A stretch of 60,425 nucleotides of DNA, filler included, from Dimargaris cristalligena (GCA_003614675.1; 3 parts of 3 records of this genome joined end to end with filler, not necessarily neighbours in it); one strand, 5' to 3'; shown: positions 37,691 through 51,900, counted from the first letter of the whole stretch. Notes: generated by a model from the letters alone, not told the origin. Made by a program: numbers and translations.

Positions 37691-40264
37691 GGCGGTAGGT
37701 CAACGATGAGTGGGGAGTAAGAGTCGAGAGTTGAATGGCTGGACAAGAACAAGGTTAATATTACAATACCTTTAGTATAATAATGGGATACGCAACATTG
37801 GTATGAGCAGAAGTGGAAACGGGGGACTATTGTTGTTAATTGTTGTCCAATACCATCAGCGACTGACTGCCCTTTATATATCGCGGCAGGGTGGGATAGC
37901 ATTCAATTATTGCTTATTCGAGTCTTGGGCGTATGAATATCTATATTTAGACCCCTTTCCCGTCGCGCAGGAGGGATTATTAGGTGTGGGTTATCTATAG
38001 GATGTCAGGTGAAAGGGTATGGCGAGGAAAAATAAGACTGGGTAGACAAAACTACCACTGTTCAGTTTACCGAAGAGACATGCTACACTATTACTTTTTC
38101 CATGGAAGGCCGACCTGTACAATTCGCAGTTAGACAGGAAAACTCAATGTCTGCTAACGGTAGAAGTATTGAGAGAGTGAGAGAGGGGGGACTAAAGTGG
38201 CTGATTCGGAGATTTTCAATAGTTTTGTGATACTACTAGAAAGGCCCCGTAGTTTATTCATCCAATGGGGTCCAGCAACTCCTTTTGATAACACCTTCCA
38301 TACTCTAAATAAGGGCAAAAATAATCTCATTGGGGTTTCATAGTGAGGCACTATTTTGCTCATGTTAGCTAGACTATCATATCTGGTAGAATGGTCGATG
38401 GGACAATCGTTGCCAATTAAAAGCTAGCCGGAATGTACAAAATAGATTTACGACCATACTATAGACTTGAGGCTACTAGGTCACCATGATTGAGGGTGGC
38501 AGCGTGCAGTCATGGCAATTGGTACAGATTTCCTCCGATTGTCCATTAAGATGGGGCACGTGTAACTAAACGAACTTGGCACTTTAGTAAGGCGGTGAAC
38601 CGCTTCTCATAAGCCCCATAGTAAAATACCCGTATATTGGGTCTCTATATTAAATATCATCCTCTCAGCTATCAGTGGGGTTTTCTTATCAGGCCACATA
38701 TGTGGTGCCAATGGCAAGGCCTTGTTGACTGCAAAGTGATGCAGAACCAATCTCATAAAACCATTCCCTTTCGACAGTGCAGCCGATGGCCCATTCCCCA
38801 ACAACGAAAATATATACTGTAGCAATTTGCTGGATCTAAAATTAGCTATTGGTAGGCTCATTCAAAAAGTGAAGTTGAAGGGGTTTCATATATTTCCATA
38901 CTCACCTAGTTCTCGTGTTGCCTCAATGGCGTACCTTTTTTATATTAGTAATATATAACCCACTTGGTGGCGGTACACTAGAACGCCATGGTAGCTATCT
39001 AATGGCACAGTTCCGTGGCCAATAGGGGAAACGGCAGGTACGCGGAGAGGAGACCTGCTGACCAGGATGAAATACTTTTCAAAGTCGCCTCTGATGATAT
39101 TAATCGAAATACCTAACCCTCACATAATGAATATACTTAGTAAAAAGTAGCACAGTGCCACTGTTAGGAGGGTTCTGAATTCATGGAGGCCGGGTGTGTG
39201 GCGTACCAGGCCCCGTTTGAAAGAGCAATATCGGCAAAATGAATAGCCGGAAAGTAGAAGGGTTGACTACTCTGATCCCAGAAACGAGAAATAGACAAGG
39301 GCCGGGGGTGAGTGCGGGGTTTCAAAAGTAAATTTAGACAACTTACCCGCCCTTGAGAATCGCCAATATTTACGATTCATCATACTCTGAGATAATATTG
39401 TTCTCCGTTCAAAGTGCCCTCTGTCTGCCAGAGGTTAAATCGTCCCATAACCGAAACACCAATCTATCTAACCCAGTAAACCCAGCTGCAGGCATCTAGG
39501 TATACCGCTCACGGTTCTTTCTCCCTCCTAATATCATTTTAAAATTGCATCAGTTAGGCCGTACATTTACGCTTCGATTTATAATTACAACACAAAAGAA
39601 ATGGCTGGCATTAACACCCCACTGTCCAGCAATGGGGTGCTCTCACAGAAAATGGGGACAATCATTAGTAAAAGATACTTGGGAGGGGAGCCTTTTGGGT
39701 GAGACCATTGACCCCCCCCCACCCTTAACCCGGTCTATTCGGTAAAGCATTCGTTGCCTATCTTTTTGGTAGATTATCACTTGTCAACAGCCATTTAGGA
39801 TTCACTACAATAGCAGCATTAGAAAAGCTGGCTTGGCATGGGAGCAGACAAATATTAGGGCAATCCATCTTCCATAAGTCCATCCCAAAAACGGGATGCT
39901 CATAATACCAGTCAATACAGACGAGTGAATAAAAATAAGGGTATATATTTATGACATTATAACCAGATGGTTAGGAAGAGTGGTGTAGTAATACATCATT
40001 AATTGCAATATTATAGAGAGGTAAAAAAAATATAGATATAGTGGGGGTGGGGGTGGGGGGTTGTCCAGATAGCCTGGATAATATAGTATGCAATAAAGAG
40101 TATATTATGGAATACCACTCCTTGTAAATAGAACAATAAGGGAGTGAGTATTAATGAGCAATGCGATCAATGAGTATTTAAAAGAGGTGAGAAGTGAAAA
40201 GGCTGCGCGCCGACGAGATTTACGGTCATTCCTTCACGGACAACTACACGTCCACTTCCATACG

Positions 40265-40364
40265 NNNNNNNNNNNNNNNNNNNNNNNNNNNNNNNNNNNN
40301 NNNNNNNNTTAATTAATTAANNNNNNNNNNNNNNNNNNNNNNNNNNNNNNNNNNNNNNNNNNNN
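40265..40364. other. Artificial contig-joining linker
   Basis: 44 N + TTAATTAATTAA + 44 N, identical to the first linker. Confidence 0.97.
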
Positions 40365-40637
40365 CCCATACACGTATATTGTAAAACCTTATACAGCTGG
40401 TTTGAATTTTACCCATATTTATTGGGATTGGTGTGTAAGTAATATTATACAATATGGTAATTACCCTAAAGAGTATGGTATCATACTCGCGGATACACGC
40501 TCAAGGTCAGCAAGAGGGATGGAGAGAGAGAGAGCAGCTACCAGATTAATTCAAAATTAACCGCAGATACTCAATATCTGTCAAAACTAGACGCCGGTTG
40601 AACGAATGAAAAATAGTAGTACGAACATTAGTGCCCA

Positions 40638-40802
40638 TTATTCATTTTGTTTTTTCTGGTCGACTGCTTCGGGGAACCAGCTAAAGATGTCGCGACGCTG
40701 GAGGGCGAACGGGTGATCGGCAGCTTGGATGCTAGGTGTGGGCAGAGCTATGGCAATAGCACTAACGGTGGCCAGAAAGACAGCGGCGAAAGTGACACGC
40801 AT
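40638..40802 (-). CDS. Small secreted prepropeptide, 54 aa (not in ORF track): MRVTFAAVFLATVSAIAIALPTPSIQAADHPFALQRRDIFSWFPEAVDQKKQNE
   Basis: TCCACCATG start context, clear signal peptide (AIA-LP), dibasic LQRR site, C-ending codon bias like the housekeeping genes, and TATATAAAA at about 41018-41026. Confidence 0.82.
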   Translation of the reverse strand: MRVTFAAVFLATVSAIAIALPTPSIQAADHPFALQRRDIFSWFPEAVDQKKQNE

Positions 40803-43800
40803 GGTGGAAACAAAGATAGGTTAGGATAAAGGCGTTTGGACGAGGGGGGGGATATTATAGGTAGCGATTATTGGCCTTAATAAATTATAAGATTGATCTA
40901 TGGGCGGAGAGAATAGTTTAGTAGAGTACAGACGAATAGTTAGGGGAACCTGGGTGGTAGAGATGGGGGGCAATGTTAAAGCTTGATTGGAGTTTGGGTT
41001 GGGAGATAAATGCTGGGTTTTATATACAGTGACCTCGGTGGTATAGTCCTTGCCCTGGGTGAACCCATCCCCAAGGCATACAGCAGGGTGAAGATTTTGG
41101 GGGCAGTTGGGAGAGGCACAGCAGACGGAGAGTAGGGGATATTTGGGCCCTGAGGCCTCGGGTCGAGAGGCGGGACCGGACCCCCTACAGCCGTCGCTAT
41201 TTGAATAATCGACGGGTCTTCTCTGCCGCAGAACAGGCGGAAAGATGTTTAGGCCCTTACTATACTATAAGCGGAAGAGGGACTGGTGCTTAACAAGGGC
41301 TAGTCACTGGCTAAGGCGAGGATATCCAAAGAACGGTCTTTAGGAATTCGGCTACAACAGGGTATTGCTTTGGTTGAGTTGGATCGGGGAAGGGCCTCCG
41401 GTTGAATGGGGCCTAACCAATTACGTGTGCCTACGACGTAAAAAAGGCATGCCGTCAAAGGTGGGCAGCCACTATGCCCTTAGTCCCCCCAAAACACCGG
41501 CATTATGGTGGGCGTCGGTTAAGCTATATTTCTCTCCGTAACAGTTGACACTGCGACCTAGAGAGGTGAGCGTGTCACAATAAGCCTAGTAGACCAAATG
41601 TCGACCCTTACTAATGGCATTCGAATTATAATTACTACAGCTCTCCGAAACTGCAGGGTAGTAACGGTAACTTAATTGGGCAATTGTGGCGAGTGCGAGA
41701 CCACCCATGCACTCGTCCCAAAATAAATAGCATAAACGAATATATATAACATTTCTCCAAGGGGGACTCGGGCGAATTAAACTGGGAAGTAAAGGGAGGG
41801 TGGCGAACAAATAAAAAAGGGGGCCCTGATTCATGGAATAGTGGACGGTAGTCACCAGCGACTTTAGTTATTGAAAACGATACATTTACACAGCCTCCCT
41901 TGACCAGCCAACTGGGGCCCCTTGTGACAAGCCCAATAGCAATTCTTCGTTCTACATCCCCCCCTCCCTCTCGTTCAGCCTAATCCCATTTCCCCCCTAA
42001 ACATATGGCCATCCTACCCTAGTTATAAGAGAGTCAAAAAACCCCGGCTATTTGTATATATACGTTTACGTTGGCTATAGAGTTGACCCTTTTATAATAA
42101 TAATCCATTTAATTGGCGCAGAGTTAGAATTTACTGGGTCCAAGACGTACATACCAATGTTCAACACCTATCTTGCCATGATGCCAAACTCGACCTAGGC
42201 CTTGAGTTACCCTATATATAATATGGTGGCCCAAATATATGACGACCAACTGTACTAAATACCATAATTTGGGATTATCTAAATAGTAGCAGGATAGGGG
42301 ACAGTGTAAGCAAGACTGGTTCAAATTTGACCATATATGCCCTATTGAACTCAGCGAAGTCGCACAGCCAAATTTTACTAGATGCACTACTCGTATAACT
42401 CTGTACAGCCGTAGAGGTGAGGGCTTTTCGCATCTACGAAGGTATATCGGCATTAGGCTAAGCATAGTCAACAGTATAGGCAATAGTTCTGTGTGATTTA
42501 AATCTCCTATATGATATGGCGAAACTGATCCCCTATGCCTTCTGGGGATTTGTCCGTCTTTCGTATGATGTAATTTCGACGAGGTTACTGAGCTCCTAAT
42601 TGACCTGGATGGTCACCAATGCCCTTCCCACATACAGTCTAACTGCCTGCCTTAGCCATGGTGATTTCAATTACATGTATTTGATATCGTCTAAAACTCG
42701 ACTTACATCGATAATATCGAACTGGCCGTCCTTTTTTATACATGGTAATGCCTTAACCCCACCAACATGGCTGTAATGTGGCTGGTATTTAATGCAGGGT
42801 CCAATAATACGCCTAACGGGGCTGGGCCATTAATACCATCAGCTTGCATACAATATCTTCTGCCACTATCATTAGCTCTATCTTCACCCTGATGGTTATT
42901 GCCTATAATGTACGCACCAAAATTTTGAGTTGAATTAGTTTGGGCCAATGATAGCAGAACCGAGAATAGGCTCATGTAGACTTGCAGACTATAAGGCTTT
43001 AACTAATGCTATGGTTATTTCATGGGCCGGGCTTAATAGTCAATGGAATTATAGTTGTGTTGTCTTTGGGAGCTAGGCACTATCATCCCCTAGTTCCATC
43101 AATGAGGCACGGGAATTCCGTCTTGCCGAAGGGATCGCCTTCGTTCAGCCATTCCTACCGCTTGATTCAAGTATTCTATATATGGTATTCTCTATTCCAC
43201 CTTCATTATTATTCCTCTTCGTATCCTAACCCCCTGGTAGCAACTTCCAGCATAGTTTGTGTTATTCGACACCCTTTACTATAGTCAACTCGTTTATATA
43301 AAGCATGAGCCAAACCCTACAGTGATTCATTAATTGATTCGTCGTTCCCCATGTCCCTTCACTAATTAGCCCACCCCTTGTAATTGATATCTATCACTAT
43401 TATCTATAAAGCGACCGTCGCAGTTTTTTTTTATTCAGCGCCCTTCCACAGTATGTCCTCCAAGGCGTAAGTCATTCAGCCGTTACTAGCATGTTACCCT
43501 ACAGCATCATGGTCAGTTAATTACAATCACCAAGTTGACTAATCTCCAAGGGGTTGTTCACCTTCTCGCGGTATTTGGGCCTGTGGGGGCATTTGCATTG
43601 CCAAAACTGAGAAACGCGGTCAGTCGACCATGGTCAACCAACTTACAATCGAACCGGCCAAATCCAGGTACGACCACCGTAAAAAAAAAGCCTTCAATAA
43701 GATTGTAGGACTTAATGCGTGAATCAAGGAAATTGTGAATAGAAATGGGAACTTTACTGCGGGCTGGCCTGGATGAAGGAGTGACGGTAAGCGGGTCCAT

Positions 43801-46800
43801 GCTTCAATTATATCAGTAGAACTATAGGTAAATATATCGCAGTATCAGCTATAAAAAAATCTGGGCAGATGGAACACTATTCTAGTTATTGACAGGGTAT
43901 ATACATGAGGGACTACTAGACCATTGCCTTGGGGATAAATACATATACATATATACACTGCATATTCACCTAGCTGTCGAGTTTGATTCGAACGAAACTT
44001 CGCCTTATCTCCCGCCTTCCACGGGATCTTAATACATATGGCCAGTTGGTTGAGGTTGGAGAGCAATTGCCACCATTAGCCAATATTGGACGCAGTTTTG
44101 CGGACTCGTATTTACAGGGAGGGTAGCTTGAATATTGGGAACACCCTTTAGATTATATCCAGTCAAAATACCGAAGAAGTCGGTAGGGTCAGAACGGGTG
44201 CTGTGCAGGAAACCTCTGCTGCCGTGATAGTCGTGGGGGTAGTGGTAGTGGTTTTGGAATTATGATTAGAATTCAATAATTCCGAATAGTTCTAGGGATC
44301 CATTAAATAAGGTACTGGAAAGGGTCGGATGGAAGGGGATCCTTGGTAGTAAAAATAATTTGGGGAAGAAAGATATCCCGGCCCGAAATCCTGTGATACC
44401 AGCGCGCCTTTAATTTGGACCCAGCCGTACATCACTGATTCAGTACGCTGGGGGGGTGTCCTTACGAATAGACCAGGTCAGCGGATGCAGGCCTATCTTG
44501 ACGCCAGAATGTGATTCTTAGACTAGAAGAGTGAAGATAGGAAGACCATGTGACCCCGGCTGGCCAGTATGATTAGATGTGACAAAACCAGTGCAAATGA
44601 TAGTTCGTACCACTCGTCTTATTTTACCAACCGCCTCTTTAAAACGAGGGGGCAGTGGCGGAAGAGCACCGGCTGAAAGAGGTCACCCACCCACCCGTTA
44701 GACGAAGTCCAGAGTGTACAGGCAGAAGCAAGCGGTGGACTACATATATATACGTTTGTTCCTCTTTTGGAATCGCGCAGGCGGATAGTATAACTAGACC
44801 ATTTGGTTGAACTTCGAAATCACGCCGGCGTGCCAATCAGGAAAGTACGTACGCGGAAGGACAAGAGTGTCGGAATTCGCCCCGGAAGTGAACTTGGTCG
44901 GCTTACAATTCGGGCGACAGGGGCTGACAGGCTGCTGACAAAGAAGAAGCCATCTACAGCGACTGGGCTGGTGGGGGATACATCTAAAGTAATCCATGTC
45001 GGAATTGATGAATAGAGATAAAGGGGTATCCACTATATCAGTAAAGATCCCAACCGGCATCTTTTGGTGCGAATATATTATAGAAATTAACTTACAACCC
45101 ATCAAGCCAAGCCCTTCAAGCCGGTAATGTGATGCTAATTTGCATGAGCCCCGAGCCAACTACGGTTTAGTCGCAGTAAGCCAAGGAAAAAAGAACGCGC
45201 GCTGGGTGTTGTTAGGGAATTAGAGAGAGGGTGAGAGAGAGACAACCCTCCAATTTCTCCTTTAAAAATGATGAAGTACATATAGTTTTGGCCGTTTCGG
45301 AAGAGTGTAGACTGAATTAGCCTTGTTTATGAGCCCATCGACTATACCCCCAACCACAACTTAATGACCAGCCGGAGCATTCGATATCATCGACTCATAG
45401 ATATCTATTTGACTCGACATGTACTGAAAGGGTCAAAGAATAATTTCCTGTGGGAAGGTCGCACAATGCCTTGCGCAGGAAAGTGGCATTAGCCAATACA
45501 TCCAGCGCTTAGATCACACGAATAGTAAGAACTACTACGTATTGGTGCAAGCAAGAATCAAGAATAACCTAACAACGAGGAATGGCATATTGGTGCCACG
45601 CCCACGGGGCCCATTTCCTTCAGAATCACGTCGTAGCATTAAGGGTTACATCATCTATTCAATTTAGCGCATCCCCGCCCACAGCTATATTAAACAAATG
45701 GCAACAATCAGTGCAATTGTATTAGTTTAAATACTTGACACGTATTACTACGGAATCCATCAAATTCGATACGCGCCTGTTTAGCCTGATATGAGAGTCT
45801 AAACACCCACAACATATACACGGCCTTCTGGGACCGTCTAAATTCCCAAAGGAAAATAAAAGGAGGTGTTTATGGGAAATCATGTACCGCGAAAAGAGTT
45901 GGAAAAGTGATATATTGGAGACTTTCGAGAGATATCAAGGGTGGAAATACGACGGCTGTATAAGTTGGCCAATATTGAAAGACAATTGACCCCGCGCCAT
46001 TACTATTCGCTAGTTAAACCGTATTGAGGACCGCCAATACGGTGATTCTCATTATTGGTACCATGCGAGCCAATGTAATTAAAAGTAGGGTAGAGTGGCC
46101 TAATTCGCGTATTTCCACACGAACACCCAGCCAACCTGGCTTATTACCACCTGCTATATATGATTGACTTACTTAACCAAGAATATTATTTTTTCCAGCT
46201 AAAAGGTTTACCCCCTGTAATCGTGGCATTAGGTCATTTTGGGCCATAATGGGGGCAGTGATTCCCTCGCAAGTGATAAAATTGGACGCGTCTACCAAGT
46301 TTTCATATCATTGGGAGGTCACCTGTTAATAGCTCACCGCAATTGCTATATGCATATACAATCTTTGATCCCCTACTCTATATAAAGATAGTAATGCTAC
46401 AATTAGCCCAACAAGTCCCCCGTAAGTGAATATACCAAAGATCTGTGATAACAGTGGCTCCGGGTCGACCCATATACCGTCGCGACTGGACCATTCGGAG
46501 ACCTACTATACCGCGAATAAGTCCGGAACGCACTGATCATTCGTCTTGATATCTAATTACTCACCACAAACAGGTGATATCCCCCTACCCTTTATCTTAT
46601 ATACGGTTCATCGTTAGACTGGCGGCTCGGTAAAAATCATACACTGGTAAGTCGCAACGGCCGCGTAGCTATAGGATTATTTTATAAGTGACATGGGTGA
46701 GTTAAGTTATTTCATGTTGACGTTTTTATTTATAAAAAATATAGTTTAATATAGAGCGCAAGAAGTAGACCCAGATCTATAACAGTCGGTACATTATTTT

Positions 46801-47547
46801 GATGTGAGATTGTTTGCCGTGGCGCGAAAAGAAACACGCATAGGCAGCAGGGCTATGTCGTAGACCTAAACTACTGAATATGGCACATTTGTTGGCTACC
46901 CATTACAATAATTATTCAGTGAATGGGGGCAGGAGCAAAGGCCTACCTTTGCCATGTTTCCAGTACAACACTCTTCCCAAACACACACACGCACAAATAT
47001 ATATGGGATGTTATATTCGCCACTCAATTCCAAGAGAGCTGGCCTGAGAGTCTACAGTCAGTGTCGAGGAGGCAAAGAATAACAAGGTAAGAGCGAACCC
47101 CGGATGCCTGTGACTGGGGCGGATAAGAATGCAGATGCAAGGCCTTTTCCCCCAACGGACACTGCTATAGGCACATTTCAATACTCGCGGACCGAGTCAC
47201 GAGCGGTAAATTGCATGTAAATGGGTATACTGAAAAATTTATAAGGGAACATAATGAGTTAATACTAATGGCAGTGTTGAACACGGCCTAAGTGAGGCCG
47301 GCTAATAAAAGTGGGTAAAAAGGTGGTGGTGGAAATGAATAAAAGGGGGTGAGACCGACACTGAACATTATACCAGCAATGAAATGCATCATTGCTGGTG
47401 CAAAAAAAAATACGATACATAATCGGAGAAGTGAAGACGGTGGAATAGTAAAGGTACACCCTGGGGACCCATTTCTATTAAAAAAGGACAGTCCGTTTTC
47501 GAAAACGCTAATCCGCAATTAATACAGACATAGATATATCATGCGAA

Positions 47548-47857
47548 TTAGGACCAATGGCTTCTAGTTGTTAGTTGGTTAAAGGCTTGAATAAAATCAA
47601 AGCCGGGGCTACCAACGGTGGTTGTCGCAGTAAAGGCCAACTGGTAGCAGTTTGGGGAAGATATATCCATGTCAGCGGTAACGGGCGATGTAGGAGACTC
47701 GGTAAGGCTGTAGGTATTAAAAGCAAATGAGAATGAGCGTAGTTTATTAATTGAGTGAGTATAATAGTAATAATTAATCATAGTGGAGGTAGCAGCGATG
47801 GGGTTGCTAGTAAACTAAGGAGACAGTGGCGCGCTGCCCAAACACCCTTTATATATA
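47548..47857 (-). other. Dispersed TATA-anchored conserved element, copy B (with 40-aa sORF 47548-47670)
   Basis: TATATAAAGGGTGTTTGG (core 47843-47857), 26 nt, AGTTTACTAGCAACCCC (core 47806-47816), then CTCAATTAATAAACTACGCTCATTCTCATTTGCT (47722-47755). Confidence 0.7.
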
Positions 47858-47976
47858 ATCGGTTTACCAGCTGCCGCGGGTCTGTTAATAAATACATGGC
47901 GCATCTATGGTAGTCCCCGCTGAGTAAGGATCATTAGGGTATCCCATAGTGCAGTAATTATCAGCGCTTGGGTCTA

Positions 47977-48909
47977 CTATAGTTCGTGGACTGGGTTGTC
48001 CTCATCAACAGCTGGGGTATCTGAAATACCTAGTCCCCGGTTATCTAGGTCTCTACACACACTCTCCTCTGGTTGAGGTATTTCCGCAGTATTATTGACA
48101 GTATTGGTCTCGGCCACTGGGGTAGATGTAACATAGGCATAAAAAGGGTTCATTAGGGGTGGGGCACCAATGTGCTCCAAAGTGCCCTCTGAATACTCGA
48201 CACAGTTCATGGTGGGGCTGGCGATAATAACCCTGGTGTTGGGGCTACCGCTGGTATGAGTGGGATTTCTGACCCCGCGCAGTCGCTTCGGCTTCTTGGC
48301 GGACTTGTTGGAGCTGTATTTGTAGCCCGGGAATTTGGCGGCATGGGCAATCTTCTCCTCTTCGGCCAGGCGAAAGTACACGTCCTTGACATGCTTGGGC
48401 TCTTTATTCCACGTCTCGCCGATTCTCTTGGATATTTCCGCTTGGTTAATTTTTATATCTTGCTCGGGCATTAGTTCGCGGCTCTTTTCCGAGCGGTAGA
48501 TTATGAAGGCGTTTTTGGGACGGGGGATGTGGTCGGGCGAAGACCGCGAACGACCCCGGGCGGGGCATTTCACCAGACTGATGGTGGGCGATGACGCGGC
48601 CGGGGAGATCGCCATGGAGGGGACGGCCGAAGGATAGTTAGTCTGGGCCACTTGTTGCGAAGACAGTGGAGGAGTGTAAAATACGTTCGCCAGAACAACC
48701 GGAACGCCAGCCGTAGTAACTGCCCTAGTTATATCATCTTGACTGGGGTTTCTCATGGGGTGCATGTAGGCCAGATGCGCCATGGCAAGTGAATACACGT
48801 AATGGGCAGGGCCTACATCTACTGCGAATGGTGGCCGATGGGCAATAGGCTCCACGCCGCCCGTAGCATTGTTAGGCAGCTCGGCAGAAGGCATGCTTAG
48901 ATAATTCAT
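47977..48909 (-). CDS. MATA/SOX-type HMG-box transcription factor (310 aa)
   Basis: HIPRPKNAFIIYRSEK...INQAEISKRIGETWNKEPKHVKDVYFRLAEEEKIAHAAKFPGYKYS. First ATG at 48909. TATAAAAAGG at about 49143-49152 with a TTCAGTT initiator about 30 nt downstream. Confidence 0.93.
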   Translation of the reverse strand: MNYLSMPSAELPNNATGGVEPIAHRPPFAVDVGPAHYVYSLAMAHLAYMHPMRNPSQDDITRAVTTAGVPVVLANVFYTPPLSSQQVAQTNYPSAVPSMAISPAASSPTISLVKCPARGRSRSSPDHIPRPKNAFIIYRSEKSRELMPEQDIKINQAEISKRIGETWNKEPKHVKDVYFRLAEEEKIAHAAKFPGYKYSSNKSAKKPKRLRGVRNPTHTSGSPNTRVIIASPTMNCVEYSEGTLEHIGAPPLMNPFYAYVTSTPVAETNTVNNTAEIPQPEESVCRDLDNRGLGISDTPAVDEDNPVHEL

Positions 48910-51900
48910 CGGTACGATTTTTTTTTGGCTTTCGAATAGCACCGGAGAACGGGGGACAATTAACAGCAGTATAATTAGAAGGTTGTCAGGAGGCCAAATG
49001 GCCAGGAAAATATATATTCTAGTCAAGAATAGCGGTGGTGCAAAAATATTGTGACGTTGACTGGGGTGGTTGTGGTAGGTGCAAGTACTAGTCGATCGCA
49101 GGTGTTGATGATATCAAAAACTGAAGAAGGGGGACAGCTTGGCCTTTTTATATGGCGGCGGTCACCCAGAAAATCCAATGGGAGGAGATGGGGGATTTCG
49201 ATGGAAACGACAGGCCCTGGTCATATAGTGCTGGTTACCTCGTCCGTAGGAGGAAGGGCGATGGTGGCCCAATTCCCTCATCCCCACTTGGACTAAAATG
49301 ACTACACCATTAAGAGGGATAAACCCGACAAACGATTCACATGACAGCCCGTCCCCCCGTCTCGATACGCATAGCGTCCGTACAATCACCATCGAATACC
49401 TAACCCGTTCTTGAATTATTCGGAGCAGTTGGAGGCCAAACCACCCACCCATCCACATTTTTTATCGACTTATACGTATTTCCTGATAATTTAAACCTCC
49501 GATTTATCACTCCTCGATACAGCCCCACCGTTCGTTTATGCTGTAACGGGCGCCTGGTTAGCCTAGGATTATTGATACATAATATCCAGGAATAGATCTG
49601 CCATACCTTCTCGGTTTTACCGTAGGTGGATGCCTATTCCCTACCGCACACCAGTAAACTACGAGGCCTATACCGAGAAGATTTGGTATTCCCTTTCCGT
49701 TGGTTGGTATGCTTCGACATTTCCGTATAACTGACGGTGACCACGTGTATCTGGGAATTGGCCTTGTCGACTCGATCCCGGCCTGGCTGTTCAGATAATA
49801 GGGCGATTGAATGGGAAGGGTGGTCTGTGTGGGCCGCGGATTTATGATGCCGTCTATCTTGGGGTCTAACGCGCTGCTTCAATACAAACAGGGTTATATT
49901 ACAGTCACGTCGAAAGTATAAATTAATAAGAGTGGGAGGCTTCAGATTATCCCGAATATTATGCGAATACCGCGATGTTTAACCGAATGTGAATGGTGGC
50001 TTCGTAAAAATGGACCAGTTGTAAATAGGGGGATCTTGGAATGATGGAATAAATGGGGTCATATATTTGGCCAATCGGGGGGGGGGGGCTCCGCTTTGTT
50101 AATTAGTACTAACCCCCAATTTCACTGTACCCTATTTCTCCATGGCAAGGACATGGCCAGATTGCCTGATTTTTCCATGACACCCCCACCCCCGCTTCCC
50201 TTACTTAAATTTTTCCACCTAATAACACACACCTTATTTTAAAGTGATTCGCGTTTAACCACAGAATAGGCCCACCAAAACGCGTTCACCTTTTTCCTTC
50301 AGCCCTTCAGCCCACCTTCTTCCAATACTGAATGATTTTTCACGCTTTGAAACATTCCAATTAAAAGAATAGTCACAAATGCCTCCCAAGAACGAACAAT
50401 CTCATCAGCAAATTTTTGGCCCCCAGTAGTGAGTACCTCTTCAATAATGTATCCACTATCGAATAGGTTGGGCCAAAATATGGCCAATTCCCATCCATCA
50501 TCTTCCATGTGGGCAGCTGTTATTCCAACCAGCGACTTCCCCATTTCTAGACATAGAGTCTCATGGTCGAGAGAGGGATGGGTGTGATGGTGACGGGGAT
50601 AAAAGAACACGCTAATCCACCAATTGGCCATGAAATCTGACATCCGCCTGTGAGTGATTCAGAATATACCAATGGCACTTTAATCAGTGACCGGGTGTCG
50701 ACGCAAAGCCAGTACGGCTTAACCGCGCCCCCCTGGTTGGATCAGGGAAGAAATAAGTAGATTTATTTATCGCAAAGGATTCCATCTATGATGCAGGTGC
50801 CAAGAAGTTGTGTCAAAGGGGTAGATTAACCGAGGACGACTCGCAACAAAGCAAAACCTGATTAGGTTATATGCTGCCCACTCGACATGGTCGCATCGCA
50901 CCCGTACCCATGGTGCGTTTCCACTAGTACTCCACTGTCCATCGGCTAACTCGAGTCTTGGATGGATTTATCGGATAAACATGCCACTCCATCCAAGTAT
51001 GGGTAACCCGGGTTTGGTGGCATCCCATGCGCTCATGAGGTGTAGTAAAATAGCTCTTCATTTCAGATAGTTTGATGTCATTAGCCTACCAACATCACCA
51101 AATATGGTTAATGCAGATTTTATTCCAGGGTTTTCCTTGTGGCCCACCACCGGCATACCCAACCATAGCAAATGGCGACCATATGGTCACTGGGCACGTT
51201 CCAAAAGCAACTGCTGGCACTGTTAAACTACCATTAGGGATATCTGTGGGGTATGCCTCCCAACAGCACCACAGCAGCCCACCCGCTATATCACGATAAA
51301 TGGTTACTTTAAAATATAATATATTAAATGAAATATAGGGAGCACCAACTCAGGTAATACGGTGGGCCAAACTATATGATTACTATTAAGCAATGGCATA
51401 TCTGTTCACTCTCGCTGGGTATATTGCCATTTTGGCATGGTTTCGACTAAATATATGGCTGTCCGCCTGGAGTGCACTAAACAATGTGGTTTTGGGAAGG
51501 ACGAGGACCCGCTTTGAGACTATGCTACCCTGCTTGCCTAAAATTAGGTGCAGGTGGCGTAAAAGTTATTTTTGGCTGTGGTGACAAGGGAATCGCTGGT
51601 CAATCTCTGTTAAAATGATGTTTGCCAAGGTCATTCACGCTTCTCCCTCGGCCTGGAATGGCGTAGGGTGATGTCTATATATAAACAAGGACCAAGTAGG
51701 AACCCCCCCCCCCGAACAGTGACTTGGCTTGTAACATCCCCAGTGCCTATACCAATGGGCAGTCTATCAGAATCCTGCTATTACAACAATATTATGTCCG
51801 TGTCCAGCATTTTGATTTTCACTTTTCCCCAGATGTTTAATTTCATATTAACCCCTGACGTATGGAGGCCTTCTTGCAATGCAATTCTTAGGCTAAACTC

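Noticed and set aside
40200-40264. Possible 3' end of a minus-strand gene (VWKWTCSCP*) at the contig edge
   Set aside because: Too short to choose a frame or support a call.
50299-50643. 114-aa ORF with a protein-like stretch (MEDDGWELAIFWPNLFDSGYIIEEV)
   Set aside because: No recognisable motif, codon bias or supporting splice structure; at most an unverified fragment.
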